From: Terriglobia bacterium
GTDB lineage: Bacteria; Acidobacteriota; Terriglobia; Terriglobales; Acidobacteriaceae
DNA length: 64,000 nt
Assembly (NCBI GenBank): GCA_020072585.1
Contig: JAIQGL010000006.1
Coordinates: 101,808 to 165,807 of the forward strand
Direction: 5' to 3'
Made by a program: the position numbers and the translations under genes
Shown: piece by piece, positions 1 through 10,184 of the stretch
How positions within the stretch are numbered: the first letter of the stretch is position 1
Layout: each line of letters opens with the position of its first letter
Notes under the pieces: generated by a model
What the model was told of the DNA's origin: nothing
Databases searched by the model: none
Seen by the model: only the letters and a program-made list of their open reading frames with translations

Positions 1-1398
1 GCCGAAGAATCCAATAAGCGCTACAAATATCTTCTCTCCCACGGCACTACCGGCCTTTCCGTCGCGTTCGATCTCCCCACACAGATCGGCATGGACTCTG
101 ACCATCCGATGGCGATGGGCGAAGTCGGCAAGGTGGGCGTGGCCATTGACTCCATTGAGGACATGGAGCGGCTCTTCTCCGGGATCAACCTGGAAAAAAT
201 TTCCACCTCCATGACCATCAACGCCAGCGCCGCGATTCTGCTGGCGCTGTACATTGCCGTGGCCCGGCGCGCCGGCTCTGATACACGCAAGCTCAGCGGC
301 ACCGTGCAGAATGACATCCTCAAGGAATACATTGCTCGCGGCACATATATTTACCCGCCGCGGCAGGCCCTGCGCATCATTACTGACATGTTCGCTTACG
401 CCAATGAGCATGTGCCGGAGTGGAACCCGATCTCCATCTCCGGATATCACATGCGCGAAGCGGGCTGCACCGCCGTGCAGGAAGTGGCCTTCACCCTGGC
501 CAACGCCATTGCGTACGTTGACGCCGCTTTGCATGCCGGGCTTGACGTGGATAAGTTCGCCCCGCGTCTCTCCTTCTTCTTTAACGCGCATAACAATTTT
601 TTGGAAGAGGTGGCCAAGTTCCGCGCCGCGCGCCGCATGTGGGCGCGCATCATGCGCGACCATTTCGACGCCAGGAATCCACGCTCATTGATGCTGCGCT
701 TCCACACGCAGACCGCCGGCTCAACGCTCACCGCGCAACAGCCGGAAAACAACATCGTCCGCACCGCCTTGCAGGCGCTGGCCGCGGTGCTGGGTGGAAC
801 GCAGTCACTGCATACCAACGGTTTTGATGAAGCTCTGGGGCTGCCCACGGAAGAGGCCGCGCGCATCGCGCTGCGCACGCAGCAGATCGTAGGCTATGAG
901 ACCGGCGCGGCCAACACTGTCGACCCGCTCGCGGGTTCGTACTACATTGAGTCGCTCACCAATGAGATTGAGCGTCGCGCGCAGCTTTATCTTGACAAGA
1001 TTGAATCACTCGGCGGGACGCTCCGCGCCATTGAGCAGGGTTACATCCAGCAGGAGATCCAGAACGCCGCATACGATTTTCAGCAGGGCGTGGACCGGCT
1101 GGAGAACGTCGTGGTTGGCGTGAACCGCTTCCAGACCGAAGGCGAAAAATCCGTTCCAGTATTGCGCATCGACGAAGCTCTTGAAACCCGTCAGGTGGAG
1201 CGTCTTCGCGCCCTGCGCCAGCGCCGCGACAAAGCGAAGTGGAAGTCGGCCATCCGCGCCGTTGAAGAAGCAGCCAAGGGCAATCAGAACCTGATGCCGC
1301 ACATCATTCACGCGGTGGAAAGCTACTGCACCGTGGGCGAAATCTCTGATGCCCTGCGGCGGGTGTTTGGGGAGCACCAGGAAACCGTGGTGATTTAA
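1..1398 (+). CDS. Methylmalonyl-CoA mutase family catalytic (TIM-barrel) subunit; 5' end lies outside the window; no fused B12-binding domain
   Basis: Frame 1 is open from base 1 ([36 protein letters not shown]), a hallmark mutase motif. The ORF continues to ...[19 protein letters not shown] and stops before any cobalamin-binding domain. Confidence 0.9.
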   Translation, partial: AEESNKRYKYLLSHGTTGLSVAFDLPTQIGMDSDHPMAMGEVGKVGVAIDSIEDMERLFSGINLEKISTSMTINASAAILLALYIAVARRAGSDTRKLSGTVQNDILKEYIARGTYIYPPRQALRIITDMFAYANEHVPEWNPISISGYHMREAGCTAVQEVAFTLANAIAYVDAALHAGLDVDKFAPRLSFFFNAHNNFLEEVAKFRAARRMWARIMRDHFDARNPRSLMLRFHTQTAGSTLTAQQPENNIVRTALQALAAVLGGTQSLHTNGFDEALGLPTEEAARIALRTQQIVGYETGAANTVDPLAGSYYIESLTNEIERRAQLYLDKIESLGGTLRAIEQGYIQQEIQNAAYDFQQGVDRLENVVVGVNRFQTEGEKSVPVLRIDEALETRQVERLRALRQRRDKAKWKSAIRAVEEAAKGNQNLMPHIIHAVESYCTVGEISDALRRVFGEHQETVVI

Positions 1399-1475
1399 AG
1401 CGCAACTTATCGCAAGGGCACAGGGTCCAGCGATGTGCATGGCAACCTTGTTTTTCTGGCGGAAGGATTGAAGAT

Positions 1476-2648
1476 ATGACAGTCAAGCGTTTTTTGTACC
1501 TCCTTGGGCTTATTTCGGTACTGCTTCTCACATCTGCGGACTGCCTGGCATGCATGTGTTTCGGGGCAAGTGACGCAAAGACGATGCGCGATGCCGCCGC
1601 TTTCTACAGTGAAGGCAAAAACGCTTCCAAAGTCATCTTTGAAGGATTGGTTGAAAAGCAGGAGCTTGTCACTGGTTCCATTGGAGCACCGTCTACGGCT
1701 ATGTCGATGACCACGGCAGGTGAGCATAGGGCGGCCTTCGTTCGCGTCTTGCGCAGCTATCGCGGTCAAGCGAGCGGAACTGTGATGGTGATGACAGGGC
1801 TAAGTGGGGGAGATTGCGGCTTTGATTTTGAAACCGGCAAACAGTATCTCATCTATGCCAGTGAGGTTGGTCCGGGGATGTTCTTCACCAGTATCTGCAC
1901 CGGAACGTCATCAATGGAGGAAGCCGGCCCGGCGTTGCGCCTATTACGCGGTGACGCGCCAACCGCCGATGATCTATTGGCTCCGCAGAGCTACTACGCG
2001 AAGGTCCAGCCACAATTCACAGCGACCGCATGCGGCAAAGTGACCTGGGACGATGGCACTCCAGCGGGGAAAATTTCTGTCGACATGACACAGGTCCGCG
2101 ACGAGCCTTTTCCTCCCAAAACTGCATCGGATCCTGATCTTTCCAAACCAGACGGCACGTTTTGCATAAGTGGCATCTCGCCGGGCAGATATGTGCTTAC
2201 TGCGGACACGGTGGACTTTGATCACGGCTTGCGCTGGATGGGATATTACCCTGGCGTGACTCAACGTGCGGACGCGAAAATCTTCGAGATTGCCACGGGA
2301 GTAACCCTGCGGGACTTGAATTTTTCTGTCCATAAGCAGCGCGTGTACACAGTTTCTTTTCGAATTGTGGCTACGGATGGAAGCCGTCTGCCTTTGGACG
2401 ATCTTGGCGTCATGATTGACAGCCATGATCGGGATGCTCTGGCTTACCACCTGGCCCAACATCTCGGCGATGACGGCAAATACACTGTAGGCTATGTTCC
2501 ACCCGGTAAATATGTTATTCGCACCATTCCCTGGGGGATGCCTTCAAAGCAGGCCCAGACTAAAATCGCAAAATGGCGCATGGCAAACCAGGAAGTAGAG
2601 ATCACCTCAAATGCGGAAATTGTCTTGAAACTAGAGCCGGCAAAATAA
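1476..2648 (+). CDS. Secreted protein: TIMP/netrin-like N-terminal module plus carboxypeptidase-regulatory-like beta-sandwich repeats
   Basis: ATG is preceded by GGAAGGA. A signal peptide ends ...SADCLA and is followed by CMC (C-x-C at the predicted mature N-terminus). Further Cys occur at GGDCGFDF and TSICTG. GRYVLTAD and GKYVIRT motifs are typical of CarboxypepD_reg folds. Confidence 0.55.
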   Translation: MTVKRFLYLLGLISVLLLTSADCLACMCFGASDAKTMRDAAAFYSEGKNASKVIFEGLVEKQELVTGSIGAPSTAMSMTTAGEHRAAFVRVLRSYRGQASGTVMVMTGLSGGDCGFDFETGKQYLIYASEVGPGMFFTSICTGTSSMEEAGPALRLLRGDAPTADDLLAPQSYYAKVQPQFTATACGKVTWDDGTPAGKISVDMTQVRDEPFPPKTASDPDLSKPDGTFCISGISPGRYVLTADTVDFDHGLRWMGYYPGVTQRADAKIFEIATGVTLRDLNFSVHKQRVYTVSFRIVATDGSRLPLDDLGVMIDSHDRDALAYHLAQHLGDDGKYTVGYVPPGKYVIRTIPWGMPSKQAQTKIAKWRMANQEVEITSNAEIVLKLEPAK

Positions 2649-2866
2649 CTCGCTTGCACGTATTGGCTCCAGATGCATGCCTGTGGCAAAAATACAGCCT
2701 TGAGTGCGTGTGGCCTTCTGCCACGAACCGCCCAGCCCGCAGTGTCAAATCCACGCAAAACGTTACAGAAAATCTTTAACCCCAGACTCTCCTTTCATAC
2801 TTGAAATTGATTTTTCCGCGGAACATAATGAGCAACCCCTTTGGCGCTTTCACGTAAGGAGCAGCC

Positions 2867-5032
2867 ATGTCGACAGAGCCTGTAAAAAGCGTTCAATCCG
2901 CAAACAACGAACCACCAAAGAAGTCCTGGTGGAAGCGCAGACGGAGATGGCACAAGACCATCATTCGCCTGCTTGTTTTCGCCATCGTCCTGGTCATTCT
3001 TAACTCGACGCTGTCGCGACTCTACGATTACTGGGACGTCGGTTCGGGTTCGTGGTTTTCCCGTTTCAGCGGCAATCAGTGGAACTTGCAGCGCGGCGCT
3101 GCCATCGTCAACCATCCGAACCAGTTTGGCGACCAGTACTCTTCCGTGCGCTATCTCTGGCAGGGATGGTCCCCCGCGGACAGCCTGTGGTTTTACACCA
3201 CCACGCAGGGCTCTGACCTGCTGCCCTACGATTTCTTCATGGAGTTGCAGGACCCTGCAACGGGCAAGCTCTTTCGCTCAGAAGAAAGTCTTTATTCCTA
3301 CGGTTATCTGCTGCAAACAGCCACACGCCACAATCCTGACGCGTTGCCGGTGGGCTTTGCCAAAGACACTTACATGGGCAAGGACTATCTGGGCTTCACC
3401 TGTGCTGCATGCCACACCGCACAGGTAAACTACAAAGGCGTGGCCATGCGGATTGACGGCGGCCCGGCCGGCAGCGATCTGGATTCTATGCTGCAAAAGC
3501 TGAGTGATGTCATGCAGTCCACCCTGGCTGACAAGGCTGCACTCGAGGCATTTGAAAAGCGCGTGATCGATCGCGGCGGCAATTATTCTTCCACCAAGGC
3601 CGTGGACGACGATCTGAAAAACTTCTCCCAGCGCCTGACGACGTATGAATTCATCAACCGCAGCCCCACGCGCTATGGCTACTTCCGTCTGGATGCGTTT
3701 GGCCGCATTTACAACCGCGTGCTGGAACACATTATTACTCAGGACCAGCTCAATGGAGCCATGGAAGACCTGGTAAAGGACGGCGCGTTCACGCAAAAAG
3801 AACTGGATGCTCTGCGGCAGGACCAGAAAACCAGCATCCTCACCGGTAAGCAGCGTGATCACCTGGTTTTCCGTCTTGCCCAGCTATTGCCGCTGCGGGC
3901 ACAGGTTGAATTGAAGAAGAAAATCTTCAACGAGCCAAATGCTCCAGTCAGCTATCCATATTTATGGGACGTTCCGCAGCATGACTACGTGCAGTGGAAC
4001 GGGATCGTGCCGAATGCCGGTCTGGGGCCCATTGGCCGCAATGCCGGAGAGGTGATTGGCGTCTTCGCCACGCTGGATTGGTCGCAACAGCCGGGAATCT
4101 CTCTGGCCTCAGTGATCAGCGGCCAGGGTTTTTCCGGGCCCCACATTGATTACAAGTCTTCCATCAATGTGCACAATCTGCGCCGGATTGAGCATCATTT
4201 GAACTCTCTGCAATCTCCCAAATGGCCCGGCGACATACTTCCCGCGATCGATCAAAGCCGTGTCCACAAGGGCGAGCTTCTGTTTTCCAAGCACTGCGCC
4301 GTATGTCATACCAATATTGATTCCACCAGCCCGAAACGGCGAGTTGTGGCGCAGATGACTTCGCTCAAGAACGTCCGCACAGATCCCCGGATGGCAAGGA
4401 ACTCCGTCGTTTATGATGGCCTGAGCGGCATTCTCTTGAACCAGTACACATCTTCCGGCGCCGGCCCCGTATTGATTGACCAGCGCGCGCCGGTTGCGGC
4501 GCTGCTCACCAAGGCCACGCTCAGCGTGGTGGCCACGCCCAGCCCCAACAAAAATTTCATACGTCGCGGCCTGGACTGGGCCGATGATCTGATCACCTCG
4601 TTCCTGGACAATGACATCAAGCCTTCCATCAAGCGCGGAAACTACGATCCAGATACCACGGCCGAGCCCTATGCGTCTCTGCTTTCTTACAAAGCGCGTG
4701 CGCTGAACGGAATCTGGGCCACCGCCCCGTATCTGCACAACGGCTCCGTGCCCACGCTGTATGACCTCCTGCTTCCGCAAAACCCTGAAGATGCCAAGGA
4801 CCCCATCAAGGCTGCTCCGTGTGTTCCCAACCCAGACTACCGCCCGTGCAAATTCATGGTAGGCTCGCGGGAGTTTGATCCTGAAAAAGTGGGCCTGAAA
4901 AGCAGCGGCTATGACGGCTTTTCCTTCAACGTAAGACTGCCCGGCAATGGCAATGGCGGCCATGAATATGGCACAAAGGTGCTCAGCAAAGAAGACAGGT
5001 TGGACCTGCTGGAGTATCTGAAAACCCTGTAA
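2867..5032 (+). CDS. Membrane-anchored di-haem cytochrome c of the CCP/MauG/RoxA-like superfamily
   Basis: TAAGGAG RBS. Basic N-terminus plus one TM helix (IIRLLVFAIVLVILN). Two CxxCH motifs (CAACH near aa 179, CAVCH near aa 477). LNGIWATAPYLHNGSVPTLYDLL resembles the peroxidase/MauG distal-haem region. Confidence 0.7.
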   Translation: MSTEPVKSVQSANNEPPKKSWWKRRRRWHKTIIRLLVFAIVLVILNSTLSRLYDYWDVGSGSWFSRFSGNQWNLQRGAAIVNHPNQFGDQYSSVRYLWQGWSPADSLWFYTTTQGSDLLPYDFFMELQDPATGKLFRSEESLYSYGYLLQTATRHNPDALPVGFAKDTYMGKDYLGFTCAACHTAQVNYKGVAMRIDGGPAGSDLDSMLQKLSDVMQSTLADKAALEAFEKRVIDRGGNYSSTKAVDDDLKNFSQRLTTYEFINRSPTRYGYFRLDAFGRIYNRVLEHIITQDQLNGAMEDLVKDGAFTQKELDALRQDQKTSILTGKQRDHLVFRLAQLLPLRAQVELKKKIFNEPNAPVSYPYLWDVPQHDYVQWNGIVPNAGLGPIGRNAGEVIGVFATLDWSQQPGISLASVISGQGFSGPHIDYKSSINVHNLRRIEHHLNSLQSPKWPGDILPAIDQSRVHKGELLFSKHCAVCHTNIDSTSPKRRVVAQMTSLKNVRTDPRMARNSVVYDGLSGILLNQYTSSGAGPVLIDQRAPVAALLTKATLSVVATPSPNKNFIRRGLDWADDLITSFLDNDIKPSIKRGNYDPDTTAEPYASLLSYKARALNGIWATAPYLHNGSVPTLYDLLLPQNPEDAKDPIKAAPCVPNPDYRPCKFMVGSREFDPEKVGLKSSGYDGFSFNVRLPGNGNGGHEYGTKVLSKEDRLDLLEYLKTL

Positions 5033-5082
5033 CGTTCCAGGCGCGCGGAGCACAACGGTATAAGACCTCAAGGAGACGACCC

Positions 5083-6432
5083 ATGAGTGCAGTACCAACG
5101 CCAAGGCCCAATTATCTTGATCAGTTTGACGCGGCCGCCCCCGCGGACAAGTTTCCCCTGGTCCGCCGCTGGATTGACACAGAGCCTCTTCAGTTCTTCA
5201 AGGAGCTGCGGGAAAAGCGGCCCATCCTGGTCACGCCGGTATGCACTCTGGTGGCGTTGTTTGACGATTGTATTGAAGTGCTCAACATGCCCAGGATATT
5301 TACCGCGGCGCTCTATCTGCCCAAGATGGCCGGCGGAATCTATTTCATGGCGCATGACGATGACGCCCTGCACACGCGGGAAAAATCCATCATGCAGGCC
5401 ATGCTGAACCGCGACGATCTGCCGCAGGTCCGGGCCATGGTGGCAAAGATCGCCAAAGACCTGCTGGATGCCGCGGGCGGCCACATGGACGCAATCAACG
5501 ATTACTGCCGCATGGTTCCGGTCACGCTGGTGCAGTCATACTTTGGACTTACCGGCGCTGACCGCAAAGACATGATTCATTGGTCTTACTGCAACCAGGC
5601 CAATACGTTTTACAACCAGCCGTTTGACCTGATTTCAGATGAGAAGCGCAAAGCAATTCAGGCCGCGCAGGACGAGGCCACCAAGCATCTGGAAAAATAC
5701 CTGACGGAATTGATTCTCACCCGATGGCTGGCGGTGAAAGCGGAAAAAGCCGAACACTTTCTGCTGGCGCCCTGGTACGGGCTGCGCTTGCTGGTGCGCA
5801 AGCTCATGGGCAAAGGCGACGGCAAGCTGGAAGACAATATCGTTACGCGCATGGTGCGCACGGCGTATCCGGGTGCGGTGGATTTTGACATTAAGCGCCT
5901 GGGCGTGAACGCCGGCGGGTTGCTGATCGGCGCCATTGAGACCACGTCACAGGCAGTCTCGCAGGTGGTCCAGTATCTGCTGGACAATCCGCAATGGCTG
6001 GCCAAGGCCCAGAGCGCCGCGCAATCCAGCAACACCGCGGACTTTGATGGCATCGTCTGGGAGGCCCTGCGCTTTGTGCCCATCTCTCCTTATATATTCC
6101 GCAAGACGGCCAGCGAATACACCATCGCCAAAGGCACGGACCACGCCACCACGGTCCAGCCCGGGAGCTACGTGCTGGCCGTGACGCAGTCGGCCATGTT
6201 CGATACCAAAGCGTTTGAGGACCCTGACCAGTTCATTCCCGGACGCAACTGGTACCACTACTTCCACTTTGGCTTTGGCAGCCACGAATGCCTGGGCCGC
6301 TACGTTGGCATGGTGATGATTCCGGAGATGGTGCGCCAGATCATGCAGCGTCCCGGCCTGAAAGCCAACAGTCGCATTGACTACCAGGGCGGGCATTTGC
6401 CGGAGAAGTACGATCTCTCATGGAGCAAGTAG
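5083..6432 (+). CDS. Cytochrome P450
   Basis: AAGGAGA RBS. I-helix GAIETTS, ExxR (EALR) and the Cys-ligand loop FGFGSHECLGRYVG are present. Confidence 0.9.
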   Translation: MSAVPTPRPNYLDQFDAAAPADKFPLVRRWIDTEPLQFFKELREKRPILVTPVCTLVALFDDCIEVLNMPRIFTAALYLPKMAGGIYFMAHDDDALHTREKSIMQAMLNRDDLPQVRAMVAKIAKDLLDAAGGHMDAINDYCRMVPVTLVQSYFGLTGADRKDMIHWSYCNQANTFYNQPFDLISDEKRKAIQAAQDEATKHLEKYLTELILTRWLAVKAEKAEHFLLAPWYGLRLLVRKLMGKGDGKLEDNIVTRMVRTAYPGAVDFDIKRLGVNAGGLLIGAIETTSQAVSQVVQYLLDNPQWLAKAQSAAQSSNTADFDGIVWEALRFVPISPYIFRKTASEYTIAKGTDHATTVQPGSYVLAVTQSAMFDTKAFEDPDQFIPGRNWYHYFHFGFGSHECLGRYVGMVMIPEMVRQIMQRPGLKANSRIDYQGGHLPEKYDLSWSK

Positions 6433-6551
6433 GAACATCCGCCACTGAGATACAGAGACACGGAGAACCCATTTGCCGCAAAGGGGCACCAAGGAATCCA
6501 AAGGTCTTTGAATGACCCAGGATTTCAGCCCCCGCGTCCTGCGGGACAGCT

Positions 6552-7043
6552 TTAGACATTCACCAAGTCAGGGGCCACCGTTTTTGGGAAGCGCTTGCCA
6601 ATGAGCCTGGCGCAGTTTTCTACAAAGTCGCGTTCTACTGCCGGCCTGAACGTGGCCGTGAAGTAACTTTCCACATTGAACACGCCGACTGCCGCAGCGC
6701 CGGCCAGCAGGGGCACTGAGATTTGCGACTTCACCAGGTCTGAGGCCTGTATATAGTTTGGTTCTTCGGCAACATTGTCCGCCACGATCGTGCGGCGCGT
6801 GGAAGCAGCAAAGCCGCACAAGCCCTGACTCAGGGAAATTTTCGGGTTCGGGGTGAAACTGCCGACATGGGGACCGAGGGTGAGCGTGGAAGGGTCCTTT
6901 TTATCAATCAGATAAAAGCCAACCCAGTTGTACCGCGGGATGTGCAGGTGGATTCGTTGTGACACGCGCTGCATCAGCGATTCCGCATCAGGAGCTGATC
7001 GAGCGAAATCCTCAAATTCTTTCAAGAGGTATTTGTGCGGCAT
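6552..7043 (-). CDS. GAF-domain protein, free methionine-(R)-sulfoxide reductase-like
   Basis: 163 aa single-domain protein. NWVGFYL, GLCGFAA and SQISVPL motifs are typical of small stand-alone GAF/fRMsr proteins. Confidence 0.65.
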   Translation of the reverse strand: MPHKYLLKEFEDFARSAPDAESLMQRVSQRIHLHIPRYNWVGFYLIDKKDPSTLTLGPHVGSFTPNPKISLSQGLCGFAASTRRTIVADNVAEEPNYIQASDLVKSQISVPLLAGAAAVGVFNVESYFTATFRPAVERDFVENCARLIGKRFPKTVAPDLVNV

Positions 7044-7186
7044 TGCAAGGGCACTCTATAACCGTCCCGGGGTGGGATGCGACCCTATTGCTATTTGTCA
7101 CAGGTACAAAGGTAACAGTTTTCCCAAAATGGAACTCGCCCCCAAAGCCCCAACCCGCCTTGCGGGCGGGTCTGGGTCGGGCAGAA

Positions 7187-7492
7187 TTAGTGTTTTCGTC
7201 GCTGTTTGGGGAGCGGGCTTTTGAGCCGCTTTTCAATGGCGACGCGGACTTTGCCGAAGGTGCCCCAATCGTCCAGCTCAGCCGTATGGAGCGGGGAGAG
7301 CAGGACAGTGTTGATTTCGACCTGAACTTCCTGAGTGAGTCCCTGCAATTCTGCAAGGTCTTTGCGGTTGAAGATGCTGGTTTCTGATAGTTCGTTGAGC
7401 CGTTGAATCACGAAGTGGAATGAGCGATTGAGCAGGAACATGGAGCGGTAAAGGTCCATCCGCTCCGCGCTGGTAAAATTGAGAGCAGCCAA
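7187..7492 (-). CDS. Hypothetical helical protein (101 aa)
   Basis: TTG start is preceded by AGGAGG on the minus strand. No recognisable domain. Its 3' end is duplicated as a remnant at 11327..11392. Confidence 0.5.
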   Translation of the reverse strand: MAALNFTSAERMDLYRSMFLLNRSFHFVIQRLNELSETSIFNRKDLAELQGLTQEVQVEINTVLLSPLHTAELDDWGTFGKVRVAIEKRLKSPLPKQRRKH

Positions 7493-7692
7493 GTTTGCCT
7501 CCTAAGAAGGTAGATTTGGTCAGGGCTGCGTTCGTGCTAGACACACGGCGCAGCCCGCACTTTTTATAAGACGGTTTGGAGAAAAGAGCAACAGAAAAGT
7601 GAAGAGTCAAGAGCAACTTTGAATATTGTTAGGTGGAAAGCGGGGTCGAGGCGGGTCGGGTGGGGTTGGCGCTTAACGATATGAAGGTGGGT

Positions 7693-9390
7693 TCATTTTG
7701 AGGGGACAGAATTTTGGAAAACTTTCACGCAGCCGCACAGTTTTTCCACGATGTCCGCAGAGCGCGCAAAACCGATCGCGATCTTTTCGAAATGGGCAAG
7801 AGTGAAGCCGGGGCTATAATCCTGAATGCCTGACAGCACTTTGAGCGATTCTTCCTTCTGTCCGCATCGGCAAAGGGCTTCAGCATAAAAAACCCGGTAC
7901 AGGGTAAATCCGGGCTGAAGCTCCACTGCCCGGCGCGCGATGTCAAGCGCTTCTTCAAGGCGTCCCAAACGTAGATTGGCTACTGCAAGAGAGCCCAGCC
8001 AATAGGGCACTCCGGGATGATCAGGGGCGTCTACCAGCAACTGGCTCAGTATTTTGTGGGCTGCCTGAACTTCTTTTTCGCCGCCGGCTATTGCGTGTGC
8101 CAATCCCAGATAACCCCATGCCGCCAGGCCGAAAGGGGCGATCTTTACGCAGCGTTGCAAACATTGCACCGCCCTTTCGTACCGGCCATTGGGCAGCCAG
8201 ACGAGAGAACAAAACGCCAGCACTTCGGATTCGTCAGGCGCCAGACCGTAGGCATGTTCGGCCGCCGCAAGCGCTTCCGCGCAATCACCCTGTACATCCT
8301 GGGATATCCCGTGCAGCACACTCTGCATAAGACTCATACCGAGATAAGCGGACGCCACTCCATAGTTCGGGTCCATTTCCAGGGCCCTGCGGAGTAAGGA
8401 AATGGCCTGGCGTACGCCAGCAGGACTAAATTCGTTGGTATAGATGTGGCGGGCCTTCTGTACCAGCCCCCAGGCATTAAGGCTGGCGGTGGGAGCGCGG
8501 TATGCGCTATCCGTGACAGCGCGGATGAGATGACCGCCCAGGGAGCGAACAATGGCTTTGGAGATGTCATCCTGCATCTCAAAAATCTCAGTCATCTGGC
8601 AGTCATATTTCTGGGCCCACGTAACGCGCTCCGTGATTGCGTCCACCAGTTGCACGGCGACGCGAAGACGCCGGCCTGAGTGGCGCACCTCACCAGTCAC
8701 CACGTAGCGCGTGTTCAGCGTCCGGGCGACCATGAGAGGATCCACTGCCTCGCTGCCCAACTGAAAAGACGTTCGTTGCGGAGCAACCCGCAATCCGGGC
8801 ACTCCGGTGAGGGCATGAATGACTTCAGAAGCCAATCCTGCCGCCAGATGATTGTTTTTTGCGCCGCCAGAGATGCTGCGAAACGACAGCACGGCAATAG
8901 AGGTGCCCTCTGTTCCGGCTGCCGGCGGGTGGCTCAACGATGAAGATGAAACTCCGGGAACGCCCGCCTCAGGGGTTGGCGAATCCACCGCCCCCGCGGG
9001 TGAGATTGCAACAGGGCTGGAGGTATGGGGATGCCGGCCATCCTGAGTTTGCGCGATAACTTCAACCGGGGCCAGGAACCGGTATCCAACACGTGGAATG
9101 GTTTCGATAAAACGCGGTGCAGTGGCGGAGTCGTCCAGGGCTTCCCGCAGCTTCAGGATTGCGTTGTTAAGGCCGTGATCGAATTCCACCTCTGTAGCCG
9201 GCCACAACTTAGAGCGCAGGTCCTGTCTGGTAACTACACGGCCAGCTTGCTCCAACAGAACCCTGAGGACCTGAAAAGGCTGGCCCAGTAATCGAAGTTT
9301 TCGTCCGTTCTTCCTCAGTTCGAAGGCTTCCAGATCCATTTCGAAGGACCCGAACCGGAAAGCACGATAGGACGGAGAGGAGGCTTGCAC
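7693..9390 (-). CDS. CadC/OmpR-type winged-helix transcriptional regulator with C-terminal TPR-like region
   Basis: N-terminal FRFGSFEMD...LRLLGQPFQVLRVLLE...IETIPRVGYRF is the trans_reg_C wHTH signature. A low-complexity linker follows, then a ~380 aa helical-repeat domain. GTG start. Confidence 0.8.
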   Translation of the reverse strand: MQASSPSYRAFRFGSFEMDLEAFELRKNGRKLRLLGQPFQVLRVLLEQAGRVVTRQDLRSKLWPATEVEFDHGLNNAILKLREALDDSATAPRFIETIPRVGYRFLAPVEVIAQTQDGRHPHTSSPVAISPAGAVDSPTPEAGVPGVSSSSLSHPPAAGTEGTSIAVLSFRSISGGAKNNHLAAGLASEVIHALTGVPGLRVAPQRTSFQLGSEAVDPLMVARTLNTRYVVTGEVRHSGRRLRVAVQLVDAITERVTWAQKYDCQMTEIFEMQDDISKAIVRSLGGHLIRAVTDSAYRAPTASLNAWGLVQKARHIYTNEFSPAGVRQAISLLRRALEMDPNYGVASAYLGMSLMQSVLHGISQDVQGDCAEALAAAEHAYGLAPDESEVLAFCSLVWLPNGRYERAVQCLQRCVKIAPFGLAAWGYLGLAHAIAGGEKEVQAAHKILSQLLVDAPDHPGVPYWLGSLAVANLRLGRLEEALDIARRAVELQPGFTLYRVFYAEALCRCGQKEESLKVLSGIQDYSPGFTLAHFEKIAIGFARSADIVEKLCGCVKVFQNSVPSK

Positions 9391-9586
9391 AAGTATTTCA
9401 CTTTCACTTAGCAGATTAGAGCAGCTTCAAGAAAAACCGTCAAATCGATGATTTGTGCGGACAACCACCTTTCTTTTTTTGTAGTTAGCAAGGGATACAC
9501 AAGTGATCTGCAAAGGAGCGGCGGTGGATTGAGGTTATTGGAAAAGTGCGCGATTCTCTAGATCGAAGCACGGCGGACAATCGCTC

Positions 9587-9886
9587 ATGTTTCATAGCAA
9601 GACTCTAGAAGAAAGGCTACGCAAAATGGCATTCAACAACTTAGGTCCACTTACATTTCTCGCAGCCGGTCAGTCCACATTCTGGTGGTATGACCGGGGA
9701 GGCGGGGACTATGGATTTCAAATCGCGGGGGCTGATGTAAAGACCCCAAGCGCGGGACCACACCATGTCGCCACCGACCAGGGCAAGGCCAAGTTCAATT
9801 CAGGTTACACACAATATTACGTAACTATCACAAACGTGGGAACGTCAGGTTGCTGGCACAACCTGCAAGGAGGAGGTGCAGGGTGA
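9587..9886 (+). CDS. Small hypothetical protein (86-99 aa); the ATG at 9626 has the better SD (GAAAGG)
   Basis: Open frame with no recognisable domain and no signal peptide. Gly/aromatic-rich (FWWYDRGGGDYGF) and ends in GGGAG. First gene of a four-gene plus-strand set. Confidence 0.45.
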   Translation: MFHSKTLEERLRKMAFNNLGPLTFLAAGQSTFWWYDRGGGDYGFQIAGADVKTPSAGPHHVATDQGKAKFNSGYTQYYVTITNVGTSGCWHNLQGGGAG

Positions 9887-10122
9887 AACTAACCGTGATC
9901 ACAAACAAGGAAGGCGAGTTGGTGGCGGCAGCACATGGCCACCATTCACAACCAACACAAGCGGAGGAGCCTTCATCTGGGAGTACCGGCAGAGCAGGCC
10001 TTCGCGCCGGACCCGGGCAGCAATTGCATTTGATTGATGTGGCTGAAGACATCTTTCATGTGACAGCACCCGCGGAGATACATGCGAGGCTCACGGCTGA
10101 GCTACGCAAGGCCCGCAAGTAG
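9883..10122 (+). CDS. Small hypothetical protein (~79 aa), GTG start overlapping the upstream stop (GTGA)
   Basis: AAGGAGGAGG lies 6 nt upstream of the in-frame GTG at 9883. That GTG overlaps the TGA of the preceding ORF. The VKLTVITNKEGELV... frame stays open to 10122. Confidence 0.4.
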   Translation: MKLTVITNKEGELVAAAHGHHSQPTQAEEPSSGSTGRAGLRAGPGQQLHLIDVAEDIFHVTAPAEIHARLTAELRKARK

Positions 10123-10184
10123 CTTTGAACTAAAGGTGATGTGAGCGTCCCGCTGTCAGGCAGACGCGCCGGCGGCGGGACGTT

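Noticed and set aside
1-1398. Mutase truncated at its 3' end (missing B12 domain) as a pseudogene
   Set aside because: Split mutases with a separate small B12-binding subunit are common (for example IcmA/IcmB and archaeal-type Mcm). The ORF ends at a natural domain boundary, so it is treated as intact.
7140-7180. GC hairpin CCCGCCTTGCGGGCGGG as the terminator of the 7187..7492 gene
   Set aside because: No U-tract follows it on the minus strand. It is better explained as part of the duplicated segment shared with 11285-11320.
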